This document shows, in pieces, positions 24,300-36,103 of a stretch of 64,000 nt of DNA; positions within the stretch are counted from its first letter, which is position 1; each line of letters begins with the position of its first letter. Both the position numbers and the translations under genes were made by a program. The notes beneath the pieces were generated by a model. It ran no database searches, was not told where the DNA came from, and saw nothing but the letters and a program-made list of their open reading frames with translations. Location of the stretch: contig CP089280.1 of NCBI GenBank assembly GCA_023920165.1, positions 1,612,001 through 1,676,000 of the forward strand, written 5' to 3'. Origin of the DNA: Curvularia clavata. Lineage: Eukaryota.

Positions 24300-25037
24300 A
24301 TGAGTTCCAACATGGACACACGCTATCTCGAGCTTGCCGCCCGATTCCTGGAAGATTCAGTAGTCAGTTCCACGCGAGAGCCACCTAAGGTCAAAAAAGG
24401 AGGGAAACCACCCAAGAAATGTAAGGATGATATTGAGCTTGAGGGTGAGCCTGAGCGGAGTTTGCTTTATTCAATCCTGGCATGGTTGAGTCTGGAGCGG
24501 GATGATTCAAAGGTACAACCCGAGGAGCCTGCCAAGGTCATTTCAGACCTGGGTCGGCTAGAACCTGTGGATGCTACTCGCGCAAAGCTTCCGTATGGTA
24601 TTACAAGCCGTATCAGGTTTCTCGAAAGTGAGGCGGCACGCTTGGGTGCTGAGGATATTCAGGTCAAGGGGGGATGCAAGACCACTGAGTATCAGGACGT
24701 TCCTCCAGGCAATCAGAAGGAGAACAAAGATAACGACATTAAGGATGCCAAAGAGAAGGCCGAGGGTACAAAGCATACCGCGGATGGAGAAGAGGACAAG
24801 GTCAAAGACGCGACGGAAGTCAAGCAGCCCTGTCTTGCATCTCAAGGCAACATGGAGAAAGAGCGCGGTGATGCTTTGGCCACAATTCAGAAACAAAAGG
24901 AATTCAACGACAACCTCTGTGCAGAGCTTACAATCGGGAAGTGTGGAGCTACGCATGTGCCTGACACTGCTGCCGATGCAAACAAAACGGTTGCTGTCAC
25001 CCTGCTTGGGTTTGAGGACCGCCGTACCAACACTTAG
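24300..25037 (+). CDS. Hypothetical charged, coiled-coil-like protein; 3' end possibly degenerate
   Basis: 245-aa ATG ORF with K/E/D-rich protein-like composition; no recognisable domain. Confidence 0.45.
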   Translation: MSSNMDTRYLELAARFLEDSVVSSTREPPKVKKGGKPPKKCKDDIELEGEPERSLLYSILAWLSLERDDSKVQPEEPAKVISDLGRLEPVDATRAKLPYGITSRIRFLESEAARLGAEDIQVKGGCKTTEYQDVPPGNQKENKDNDIKDAKEKAEGTKHTADGEEDKVKDATEVKQPCLASQGNMEKERGDALATIQKQKEFNDNLCAELTIGKCGATHVPDTAADANKTVAVTLLGFEDRRTNT

Positions 25038-25560
25038 CTTATCATGGCAGAGTTGGACAGATTCAGAGGAACACAATAGCGGGTGTTGAGGCACGGTACA
25101 AAGGATGTCGTGAACAGAGAACGGAGCAGAGTCGAGCTTCTAGGGCGGATTGCAAAGTCCATAGGTGAGTATATGCTCGGCATTCAAATAGCTATATCGG
25201 CATAGCAGAAAAAGTGATTTTACGGCTTTAGAATGGATTGTAGGCTGCCTGTCCTCATGCTAAAGCCTGGTATAATAGAGACCTGTACTTGTACAAAGAC
25301 ACATACGACACGGCTGAGCAGCCGTGTCACCTCTGAGACATAACGAGATGAATGTACTTCAAACTACTGCAACCAAAGTCTTGCGTGTATTCGGCCCTTT
25401 TCTCTATTGCAACTCCTCCAAGTGATGCACGATGCGATGTCGTCGTTCATATGCTTGGCATCTCCAGCCTGCCGTCCGCTCTCAATTCTGACGCACGCCG
25501 CCCGCCGCACGACCCACATTGCTCCGCCAAATCGCTCCCGCAAGGTCTCGAGACGGAACC

Positions 25561-26489
25561 ATGTCCAACCTACTCCCGCTTCTCCCCTCACACTACTCAA
25601 CACGCGACCGATCCTACTCACAATCCGCAACCTTGAGCAAATCCGCATCGCCATCGTCGTCTGCCGCGACCGTCCGCCCACAAATCGCCATTCAATCGCA
25701 GACGCAGGGGCTTGACATAGCCATGAACGGGACGCCGAGCCAAGGGCCCGGCCTACGGTACCCATCTAACAGGAAGAGCATATACGACCGCAATCTAAAC
25801 CGGAGCAAGAATGCGGAGCTTAGTCGTGCGGCGTTTGCCTATCTCTTTATCGAAATGATTGCGTATGCGCAGAAGGGAGCAAAGGATGTGGGGGGATTGG
25901 AGCAAAGGTACGATACATGCTGGAAGTTGGGGATGCTTGAGATAGCATTGCGCAGTTCAGACTCTCTCTTCCTCCCTCTTTCGGTCTCTTCGTGTACAAG
26001 ATGGTTTACTAACTATCCCTTAGATTAAACAGCCAAGGCTACCCCATCGGCCTGCGCCTCCTCGACCTCCTTCTCTCCCGCACAGCCAACCCCCTCGCCT
26101 CAATACGTCCCACGCGCATCCTGCCCCTCCTACAATTCATCGCACAGCAGCTCTACCGCTACCTGTTCGGGCGACCTGCCGACGCCCTAGAAAAGTCTGG
26201 TACCGATCCAGGACAGTACATGCTCTTTGACAATGAGCCCATGGTGAACCAGTACATATCGCTGCCCAAGGAGCTATCAAGTCTTAATTGCGCGGCGTTT
26301 GTGGCGGGAATCATTGAGGGCGTATGCGATGGTGCGGGGTTCCCGACTGAGGGCGTCACGGCGCATAGCGTGGGTGAGGAAGAGGGCAAAGATGGCAAGG
26401 GCATGTGGCCTGGCAAGACAGTCTTTCTGATCAAATTTAAGCCAGAGGTGTTGGAGAGAGAGGAGATATTGGGTAGGGGTGTGAGCTAA
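25561..26489 (+). CDS. TRS31: TRAPP complex subunit Trs31 (TRAPPC5), 2 exons, about 270 aa
   Basis: KSIYDRNLNRSK.AELSRAAFAYLF.EMI, RLNSQGYPIGLRLLDLL, YISLPKELSSLNCAAFVAGIIEG, VTAHSV, TVFLIKF. Intron 25908-26023. Confidence 0.93.
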
Positions 26490-27005
26490 GACTTGGCCGT
26501 GCGATGGCGCGAAAGCTGAATTATATACGATAACATGTTTGCATAGCGAGGGCGTTGTGGGATGGACTGTATCCGTGTTTCTGGATACTTTGATCCTCAT
26601 TAGCGTATTTAATTGTATGTTTGATCTGGAGAGTTGTGCTGAGGAGAAAGCCGCCTCGTAGTGTCTGGAGACTTGCACATGCCATGGTGTTCCTGAGCAT
26701 GCATGACTAACGCGCAAACCCTCCCTTTGCGCGAAGAAATATCTTGCTCATTACTATTGCAATTCGCAAGCAACGCGCGTTGGCACGTGATGGTTATGTG
26801 TGGATGACAAATCTTTGTTGGCCGAGATGTCCAAATAGTTGCTCAGCACGTGTAGAAGATTCCACAACTTAGACCCAACTACAAAACCAATTTCTCTCTC
26901 TCTCCGAACTCTCCCAGGCTACTACCAACACCAAAAACTATACAACGATATACAAACCTATAAAACAAATCAAAAAACATTAATCAACAAAAACAAGCGG
27001 ACAAC

Positions 27006-27467
27006 ATGCCAACCGAAATCTCCGCACCCCTGCACTTCCGCACCCTCCTCAACGCCCACACCTACCTAATCGCAGACTTCTACGCAACATGGTGTCCTCC
27101 GTGCAAACAAATAGAACCGATCTACAAACAACTCTCCAGCAACCACTCTGTGCCTGGTAAATTGGCATTCGTAAAAGTCAATGTAGACGAGCAGCGCGAA
27201 GTAGCGGGGCAATATGGTGTCACGGCCATGCCGACATTTATGCTGTTCAAAGACGGAAAGAAGGTAGAGGAGATTAGGGGTGCGGATGTAAGGGGGCTGA
27301 AGGCGCTGGTGGAAAGGGTGGCGGGGGAGGCTAGGGGACTGGCGGAGAAGGAGAAGAAGAAGACAGAGGAAAAGAAGGAAGAAAAGAAGGAGGAGGGAGA
27401 GGAGAAGACAGTTAGTGGGAGCTATGGTATGACGGGGGGAAGTAATTGGAAGATGTCGCTGAATTAG
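27006..27467 (+). CDS. Thioredoxin (WCPPC) with charged C-terminal extension
   Basis: IADFYATWCPPCKQI, AFVKVNVDE, YGVTAMPTFMLFKDG. Single exon, 153 aa. Confidence 0.92.
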   Translation: MPTEISAPLHFRTLLNAHTYLIADFYATWCPPCKQIEPIYKQLSSNHSVPGKLAFVKVNVDEQREVAGQYGVTAMPTFMLFKDGKKVEEIRGADVRGLKALVERVAGEARGLAEKEKKKTEEKKEEKKEEGEEKTVSGSYGMTGGSNWKMSLN

Positions 27468-28732
27468 GGCGGGAATAGGCAGCTGCGTGTGGCGTGTTGG
27501 GTTTCTATGTGGCTATTGGGAACAGGGTGCAGGAATAGTGGTTATACCCCGAGTTTGATATTGGAATTCTAGTTTTGTGATTTGGGAGTGGCCTAAGACT
27601 CGATGTACTGAAACAATTGGAATAAAATTGCATTCATCAATTTCGACGAAACGCACTTTTAAGCTCTGAGAGACACGATGCAAATACGTCTATCTAGACA
27701 GAAAATTATTGAATTTGTAAAACCTATCACATGTTTATCATATCTTCAACGTGGTCTAACTGTGAGGTTTATGCAATTTCGGCGGGCGAACTTATACGAT
27801 TATTTCAGTACACCAAGAGACGACCAATAGCCGCGGATTTGACTTAATGGCATCTATTTTGGGCAGGTGATAAGGTGGATCTTGTACTATACCTCGTTTG
27901 TATTCTATGGCGAGAGAGTTATACTATAGGCATATCAATACAACTGTATATACACCTAACGTTTTGTTGCCCATTCTCATCTCTTAGAAATTTTATATCC
28001 TTGAACGTATCAAGCATATCTCCAATCCATATTGTGACAAGGGCGCCGTTTGGTGAACTTTCCTGTCGCAGCGTGACTCGTTCTCGTAGTTACGGCATGG
28101 CAGATTACAGCACGAAATGTTCTGGGACAGACAGCTCGCGCGGTCGCGGTTCGCAATTGAGCAAGCACGGACAGGGGTCTAGGCCTGGCTTGTCGCAATT
28201 ATAGAAAAGAAACCCCTGTATGGACGACAAGGCGATGAGAATCTGGGTCTGTTTGGCTGCCCGGTACTAGCATCTAACTGGTCACGTGATAGGTAGCATT
28301 TACCTCTATATCAGCGCCAGAATGGTTTTATGGTAAGGCAGGAGTTGCAACGGCATGCTCTCCTTCCTCTGATTCGGGAGCATGGTATCTCTCCTGGATT
28401 ATAGAGTGAGATAGGATGTGAGTGAATTGACTATTTTTGGACTACAACAGTACAAGGCGTCCGTACGGTAATTTCTTGTAAAAGTCCATGTCTTAGGGGG
28501 TATTGGCATCAGCAATTGCTACGCGTGGCGGGATTTCAAATCAACTCAGCTTGCACTGACGTTGGATTGGATTAATAAACCCTGCCAGACATATGCAAGA
28601 GAGGCCACCTAAGCGATCGCCACCGCAGGACCCTGACAGCAGCTCTAGCTCGACTCCGTGTTCCCCACCGCTCCTCAGCATAAGTTTGGAGCTTCCATTG
28701 CAGCGTTTGAGCTCCTTTCCTCAAACCTCACA

Positions 28733-29878
28733 ATGTTGTTCCGCAATCTCATACCCGCGGCCATTGCGCTGCTCCCTGCCATTGCTTCGGCATCTGCCGT
28801 CCTCGACCTCAACCCCTCCAACTTCGACAATGTCGTTCTTAAGTCGGGCAAGCCCGCTCTCGTCGAGTTCTTCGCCCCCTGGTGCGGCCATTGCAAGAAC
28901 CTCGCCCCCGTGTACGAGGAGCTGGCTACCGTCTTCCAGCACGCTGGGGAGAAGGTCAGCGTAGCAAAGGTCGATGCGGATAACCACAAGTCGCTGGGTA
29001 AGCGCTTCGGCGTCACAGGCTTCCCCACGCTCAAGTGGTTCGATGGAAAGAGCGACAAGCCCACCGATTACAACGGTGGCCGTGATCTAGAGAGCCTGAG
29101 CAAGTTCATCACCGAGAAGACATCCATCAAGCCCAAGATCAAGGGCAAGCTTCCCAGCCAGGTCGTGTACCTTGACGACAAGAGCTTCCCGGAGAAGGTT
29201 GGAAAGGACCAGCACGTGCTCGTTGCTTTTACTGCTCCATGGTGCGGACGTACGTTTTCCCAATTCCAATCTATCTAGCAACATTCCGCTGACGTTTGTA
29301 AAGACTGCAAGACCCTCGCCCCCGTTTGGGAGACTCTCGCCAACGACTTCGTCAACGAGCCCAATGTCCTGATCGCCAAGGTCGACGCTGAGGCTGAGAA
29401 CTCCAAGGCCCTCGCCCAGGACCAAGGCGTCTCAAGCTACCCCACGATCAAGTACTTCCCCAAGGGCTCCACCGAGCCCCTCCCATACTCTGGCCCCCGC
29501 AGCGAGAAGGACTTTATCGAGTTCCTCAACACCAACGCAGGAACTCACCGCGCTGTCGGTGGAGGTCTCGATGCTACTGGTGGCACCATCGAGGCCTTCA
29601 ACACTGTCGTTGACAAGTTCCGTGACTCGTGGGCCGATGGTGTCAAGGAGGCTGAGAAGGTTGCTGCGACTCTGCAGGACAAGTACGCGCAATACTATGT
29701 CAAGGTCTTCCAGAAGGCTGGTGCCAACAAGGAGTACACTGCAAAGGAGCTCAAGCGTCTGCAAGGTCTCATTGCCAAGGGCAACCTTGCACCTGAGAAG
29801 ATGGACGATTTGATGAGCAGGAGCAACATCCTGAGGAAGTTCTTGGGTGATGCTGAGGAGGAGAAGTCCGAGTTGTAA
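28733..29878 (+). CDS. tigA: Protein disulfide isomerase, ERp38/TigA (PDIA6-like) type, 2 exons, about 363 aa
   Basis: Signal peptide, two WCGHCK thioredoxin domains (the second split by intron 29250-29303), helical ERp29c-like C-terminal domain (YAQYYVKVF..KELKRLQGLI..DDLMSRSNIL), C-terminal KSEL. Confidence 0.92.
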
Positions 29879-30933
29879 AAAACTCGTATCTGTATGTTGA
29901 TAGATAAGCTGGACAATGGGTTGATACCATTGGCACGGAATGCATTACGATAAAATGAGGCGGAAGCGTGTGTGACGCAAAAGCGTTATGAGGAAACGAC
30001 AAGAACGACATGGATAAACCAGTGTGTTGAAATCAAGTACAATATCATTTGGCAAATGCTGTAAATCTATGTGATTGGCTTCTCAAACTCCAATGACTGC
30101 TGAAGACATGCGGCCCGCGCTTCTTACTTCAGTCGTCATTCGTGACAAGTAATCATTTCCCTGAGCCGTTGCCCTTGGTGCCATCACCGCTTTGGATAGT
30201 AGCCTCTAGGTTGTCGAGCCGCCGCGACATGTCATCCACTACATAATCATTAGAACAAATACATAGGGAAGTGCGACTACTGCCCACTTTTCGAAAGCAG
30301 CTCACTGCTTATCGAGTTGAACTTGGTATTGAGCTGGTTGAGCAGATCATCCACGACAGCCGTAAGCTCGCCCGAGGCTTCGGGATTGTTCTCACTAACA
30401 GACTAGCGAAAGACCGCATTAGCTAACGTGGGATGTATTCAAGTTATCCTCGGAAACGTACGGCGGAGTCGCTCTGAGTGCGATCGCCGAGCGGCTGGGG
30501 TGAAGACATGTTGTGTCGTAATGTGTTTGTGTAGTCTGCGCGGAGATGTTAAACGAGACAGAGGTACAAGATTGGAAACGTTTGGCAAAAATTCGATTCT
30601 TGGAACACGACCAGAATGACGCCGAGTCGTTGCGACACAACCACACGGAGACTGGGATACGTCTGGTGTAGTATGTGAACAGCGCCAAGCCAACACACGA
30701 AAGCACGTGTTCTTCGCCGCGGCTTGTTGCCTATTCGGGCGGGCGGTGACGCTAGCGGCCGCGCTAAAAATGTTTCTTGCGCCCAGAGTTGGGAACTTGT
30801 CGAGTGAATTTTTGGGAGGAAGCTTTGACGTTAACTCTGGATTATCGCGTACAAGTTTCTACAAACTTGGCGACGCATTGCACACACTCTTCTTTGATTT
30901 TTACTTGTTGCGCAATAGGGAAACTTGTTCGAC

Positions 30934-32302
30934 ATGGCGAAAAGTAAGCTCAAGGCGGCGTTGGATAACTATCAGGGCCGTAATATCAAGCTGGAGAAGC
31001 AGCGCAAGCACGAAAAAGAGGTCCAGAAAAAGAAACAGAAGAGCGAGGAGTCCAAGGCGCAACATGAGAGTAGCGACGAGGATGCTGAGGAGGGGGGCGT
31101 TGCTGTGCCGCTGGACGAGGTAGAGGCAAAGGTCAATGGCAAGGCGAAGAAGTCGGCCAAGGATAAGAAGGAAGGCAAGGCTTCCAAGGCTGCGCCTGCG
31201 GTCAAGGAGGCTGAATGGGAGACGGAGGGTAGCGAAGATGAGGATGAGGATGAGGATGAGGACGAGGACGAGAGCGACGATGAGGAGACTTCTGGGCGAC
31301 CCAAAATCGACCTTGCGCATCTGGACGATAGCGAAAGCGACATCAGCTCGGACGAGGACAACGAAGAAGAGGACGAAGATGACGATGAAGACGATGAGGA
31401 GGAAGAGGAAGATATTGCGCTCTCAGACCTTGACTCTATCGCTTCAGAAGATAAGGGCGACATCATCCCCCACCAACGCCTCACAATTAACAACACCGCT
31501 GCTCTTACCGCCGCTCTGCACCGCATACAACTCCCCTACTCGAAGCTCGCCTTCTCAGAACACCAGTCCGTCACCACCGACGAACCCGTCGAGATTGCCG
31601 ACGTCGAAGACGACCTCAACCGTGAACTCGCATTCTACAAGCAGTGTCTATCATCTGTCAAGGATGCGCGACAAAAGTTGAAGAAGGAGGGCGTGCCATT
31701 TTCTCGGCCGGCTGATTACTTTGCCGAGATGGTCAAGAGCGACGAGCACATGGGCAAGATCAAGCAGAAGCTGATCGACGCAGCAGCTGGCAAGAAGGCG
31801 GCGGCCGAGGCGCGAAAGCAGAGAGACTTGAAGAAGTTCGGCAAGCAGGTCCAGGTCGCCAAGATGCAAGAGCGCGCAAAGGAGAAGCGGGATACCATGG
31901 AGAAGATCAACACCCTCAAGCGAAGTATGTATTTCCACTCCACTACTCACAAGAAGGGTCTACAATTGGCTATGTGTGCATCATATACTAACAAACATCT
32001 CAGAGCGACAAGGCGCAGACATCACCTCTACCAACGAAGAAGACCTCTTCGACGTCGCCGCCACAGCCGAGGACCCCAAATCCGAGCGTCGTGGCCGTGG
32101 TGCCGACGGCAAGGCTTTCAACGCTAAGCGCCAGAAGAAAGACTCCAAATACGGCTTTGGAGGCAAGAAGAGACATGCCAAGAGCAACGATGCCCAGTCT
32201 AGTGCTGATGGCAGAGGTTTCTCTGTCCGCAAGATGAAGGGCAAGACGGGTGGAGGCGCGAGTAAGAGGCCGGGCAAGGCCAGGAGGGCGAAGATGCATT
32301 AA
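30934..32302 (+). CDS. EBP2: rRNA-processing protein Ebp2, 2 exons, about 429 aa
   Basis: Acidic N-terminal region, HQRLTINN, DDLNRELAFYKQ, PFSRPADYFAEMVKSDEHM, RDLKKFGKQVQ, KYGFGGKKR..KSND, KRPGKARR. Intron 31925-32003. Confidence 0.95.
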
Positions 32303-33837
32303 GGATTGGTGGGGATAGTTGATGCATTTTTAACAGGCGCTTATGGCGTTTTCTTGTCTTTCGCCTCTTTCTTCGTCGGACGATGAGGGAGAAGGGATAA
32401 AATGGGCTAGTGAGAATGGAATGGAAAGTGCAAAAATGGCTCGTGTGGCTTTTTTAAACGCAGGGAGTGCTTTTTCTGTATAGTAGTACAGAGATACCAG
32501 TGCTAGCAATACTACGGGATATCCTCGCATGACATGAAGCATTTTTGATGATATAAGTGTTGCATTGGACGCATATGTCTGATACGTGAGTGACAGTATA
32601 GGATGTGAGAGTTTTTGTCATTTCCAATTGTCTCAGACTGACCACAAACAGAACGAGTAGTAGGACTGATTTTTTCTTATAACCTATTTCGCACAACAAA
32701 TCGAGATGCTTGGGCCCGTGTATCCTTTAAGTATTTTCGGAGGGTGTCGGTTTGAGTATTGCGAAAGGTATTAGGGATTGTGTATCTTAGATGCGTGTCT
32801 ATGCTTTTGTGTGTCTCTGCTGATATGTCTGTCAGAGTGCTTTCGAGGGCAAGGCCTGTATTAGTTCCACGACTGTGATTGGCAGGCTAGGGATTTCGAG
32901 ATTGTGGAGAGACTGGTGATTCTAGTAGCTTCTGCTACTTGTCCGTTGTTGCAGAGCGCGGAGATTTCTGGGTGGTCTGATTGGGTGGCGGAGAACGTAT
33001 AGATTGAATGAAATTAAAGGTGCAGGTAGGAATGTAAGGAAGGGCGATCAGTGATCCAATGTAGATTAAAAAGTCTAATTTCCCTATAGATCCACATGTT
33101 TATGCAGTTTTTTGGAGGAGAATGGGTGCGGAGAAGGAGAGCAGGGTGGTATAAGGCAGGTGTGCCGATGTGTCGGATAGCTGTGTGGAAGATTGGAGTC
33201 AGCTACGGAAATCAGTGTGTTTTGACGGATAAGCGAATAGTGAGAGGGACAGACAAGATGCTTCTCAGGAGATACAGGCGTTTGTAACCACATAGTGAAG
33301 TGGACTCAATGCCGTGAGGCTCTCCTGACTTGAATTCAGAGATTTTGATGACGGGTACTTCTTGAAATGAGACTTTTCCCATATGAGGTTCTCAACACAG
33401 ATGAATGCTTGAGAAATGTCGTATTGGCAAGCTCTATAGACAGTGGGTTCCACTTCGTACTTCGTTGTGATACCGTTTCACACCTGGGGTACCCTGTCGG
33501 TGCCTGATTGTGGCACAATCCAACATAATACATGCCATTAAGTCCTTGGTAGTTGCACACCGTTACACTATCACTACAACAACGCTCGTTATCTACAGAG
33601 TTTACTTATCATGCAGCGATAACTTCTCAGTGACTTCTTCGCAGCATTTTTCAGAAAAAACAGGCCCCAAATCTTCTCGGCTTCGACGCCCAAAACCACT
33701 CCCTACATGTATTATTCTGCGATTCCAGGCATATCCACTGGTGGAATAACACAAACTGTGGTGCTGTGGAGAAAGTGTGCATGACATGATGATAAAGATA
33801 CGAGGCTTGGTCGTGCGATCGCTACCGGAAAACCCTG

Positions 33838-34161
33838 TCAAAGCTTGGTCTTCTCCGCTGACATATCAGCCACTTTTGAAGTACCGATGGCAAGGGTATT
33901 TATATCGCGTATGAGGGTCCGTTCGAGCGTACAAGTAAACGAGTGCAAGTGCTGATCAGAGTTTCGAGGCCGTTGCGTGCACCCGGTATTCGGCTCTTGA
34001 TGACTAGGATACAGTGGGGATTGACCATGCATCTTTGTCTTGTCTTGGTTAAGGACAAGATGAGCATTGAGCTTTTGGCGGGCAAGCCGTCTTTTCTGAA
34101 TACGGTTTTGTTGTTTCACATTGAGGCCGGTCAGGGAGAGGGGTTCCTTGGCCGATGGCAT
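33838..34161 (-). CDS. Small orphan with a degenerate NF-YA/Hap2 (CBF-B)-like segment; gene or pseudogene, 107 aa
   Basis: MPSAKEPLSLTGLNVKQQNRIQKRRLARQKLNAHLVL matches the NF-YA A1 helix pattern N.KQ..RI.KRR.AR.KL. Downstream there is only a QRPR remnant of the DNA-binding segment. Confidence 0.5.
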   Translation of the reverse strand: MPSAKEPLSLTGLNVKQQNRIQKRRLARQKLNAHLVLNQDKTKMHGQSPLYPSHQEPNTGCTQRPRNSDQHLHSFTCTLERTLIRDINTLAIGTSKVADMSAEKTKL

Positions 34162-36103
34162 TGTGGCTGTTTGGCGCCAGGGCGTTGGCGCGCGATAAAC
34201 TCGATAATGTTGGCTAGGGACTATGTAGAAATAATGAGACTTGGAGGAATATAATGGGAATCGAGAGTCATGACGAAAGTGCCACATGATCTGTTAGGAA
34301 TGGGGTGCGCTAGGTCAGGCGACACTATCACAACACCATTTCGTCCCAGCATGCATCACCATCTACATCCGCTTCGATACGCCTTGCTGTTCGTAAAATC
34401 AGATTCTTGCCGCGTTTATTCCCGTCCCGGAAATCATCCACTAGTCCTCGGCGGTTATTTTGGTTTGGATCTTTTTTCGTTCAATGGATACCAACTCCGC
34501 TAACGCCAAGCACTAGCACGTCCCACCACTCCGATTTTCTGCCCTTCCAGGGGAACTATACGCGGTGGGAGCTGCATGGGATCATGCGTTAGATGCTCGT
34601 CTTTCACGGGCATGCACCATCACCATATCCTATTCCTCTCGGAGCTGGCATTGATCATACACACGGCGTGCGCGGCGGAGTTCGTCTGCGCACCTTGTGT
34701 TCTAATCATAGGCTTTCGAGAACATATGCCTTCGCTTCTGTCAAAATTGCGGCTGGATGCTTCGTCTTGGCTGTGTCATGGTGTCAAGTCAGCCTTGGCG
34801 CCCTGTGTCCCGCTGTTGACTGATTGGGCCCTGCATGTGATTCTCGGCAGACGTTTTGCAGACGCCTATCTCTGAAACAAGCCACCCGATATTGGAAACA
34901 CGCTAGATCTCTGCTGTTCTAGACGTCGACCCACTGCGGATACAACGGGACGGATCCATTGCGCTAGTGATCAAACCAAGGTACCGACACTCATTCAGGA
35001 GTCGCTCCTCCGTCAAATTCAGCAACCCGAGCAACTACACGTTGGGATTCATCACAGAATAGTTTAGCTGATCGCAAGAGGCACCTTAACACCTCCAAAT
35101 AACTCAATTGTGCTCAAGGGAGTTGTTAATCGTGGTCTATAGGCGCCTATAACAGAGCAACTACAAAAGGTTCTTGTCACGCTCACACGCTCTGTCCAGC
35201 GCTCGTCTCATCCTTTCGCCTCTGTCATCCTGAAGTTGACCCACCCCCTCAAAATACAATATCGCTCCCATTCGCAGTACAGTGGACAGCACTGACGTCG
35301 TGCGATACAGGCTTGCAGTCTGGATCCGCCTGGGCAGGCTGTCGGTAAGTGGTTGTAATGCGTTATCGTCAGTCATTTACCGTCATCAAACATTGAGCGT
35401 ATGGGAAAAATTGTGCCATTACTCACGCCATCAAACAAAATCGGGCACTGCTGGGGAGGTCCCGCACATGTGTTGTTCGCAGAGTCCAGGAGTAGACCCA
35501 ATCGCCTCACATCCGTGAAGCATGGACGTTTAGAAGTGTGCCGCCATCCGACAGGCTGGTACCAGTTTGTCCACAAATGACAAGAGCTCCGAGCGCCAAG
35601 TATCCGAACGTCAGGAAGGCTGTTTGAAACAATGACAGGTCTGGCATCTCTGGCGGCACAGCACAATGACCTAATTATCCAAAGCGGGCGTTACGGCGCT
35701 GAACGCCACTACAAACAGCGATCTCGAATCTCCACAGTCATTTCGCTTCGCCACAGGTCAGCGGCAGAGCGGAGCAAGATTGCAGCCAAGAAAACAAGGC
35801 CTTATGCGCCGAAGCAGACACGGTCAACCGAGAGGGGCTGGGTGGATCTAGTCTCTGAAAAGAGCTAGTGAGCTTGACTGCAGAGTCAAGACAGGCGGAA
35901 GTGCTGAGATACATAATGGGTGGTGTAGAACAACTTGTAAAAATCATCAGCACACCACTGCCAACTGTCTTTCGCTTCTCATCTGTCCTTCGCTCATTCA
36001 TTCGTTTCTCTAGGCTAGTCCTACCACATACAATCCTTTCACTTTCCAGTCCAAATTCAAACACCAAGACCAACCTCAACTTTAACCTCAACCTCAAGTC
36101 AAC

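Noticed and set aside
28500..28575. ATTGG and CGTGG motifs upstream of PDI as an ERSE/UPRE
   Set aside because: Order and spacing do not fit ERSE (CCAAT-N9-CCACG) or ERSE-II; too degenerate to call.
30766..30815. RRPE-like A/T tracts upstream of EBP2 (and at about 46889-46900 upstream of TRM3)
   Set aside because: Plausible for ribosome-biogenesis genes but not an exact consensus match; such tracts are common.
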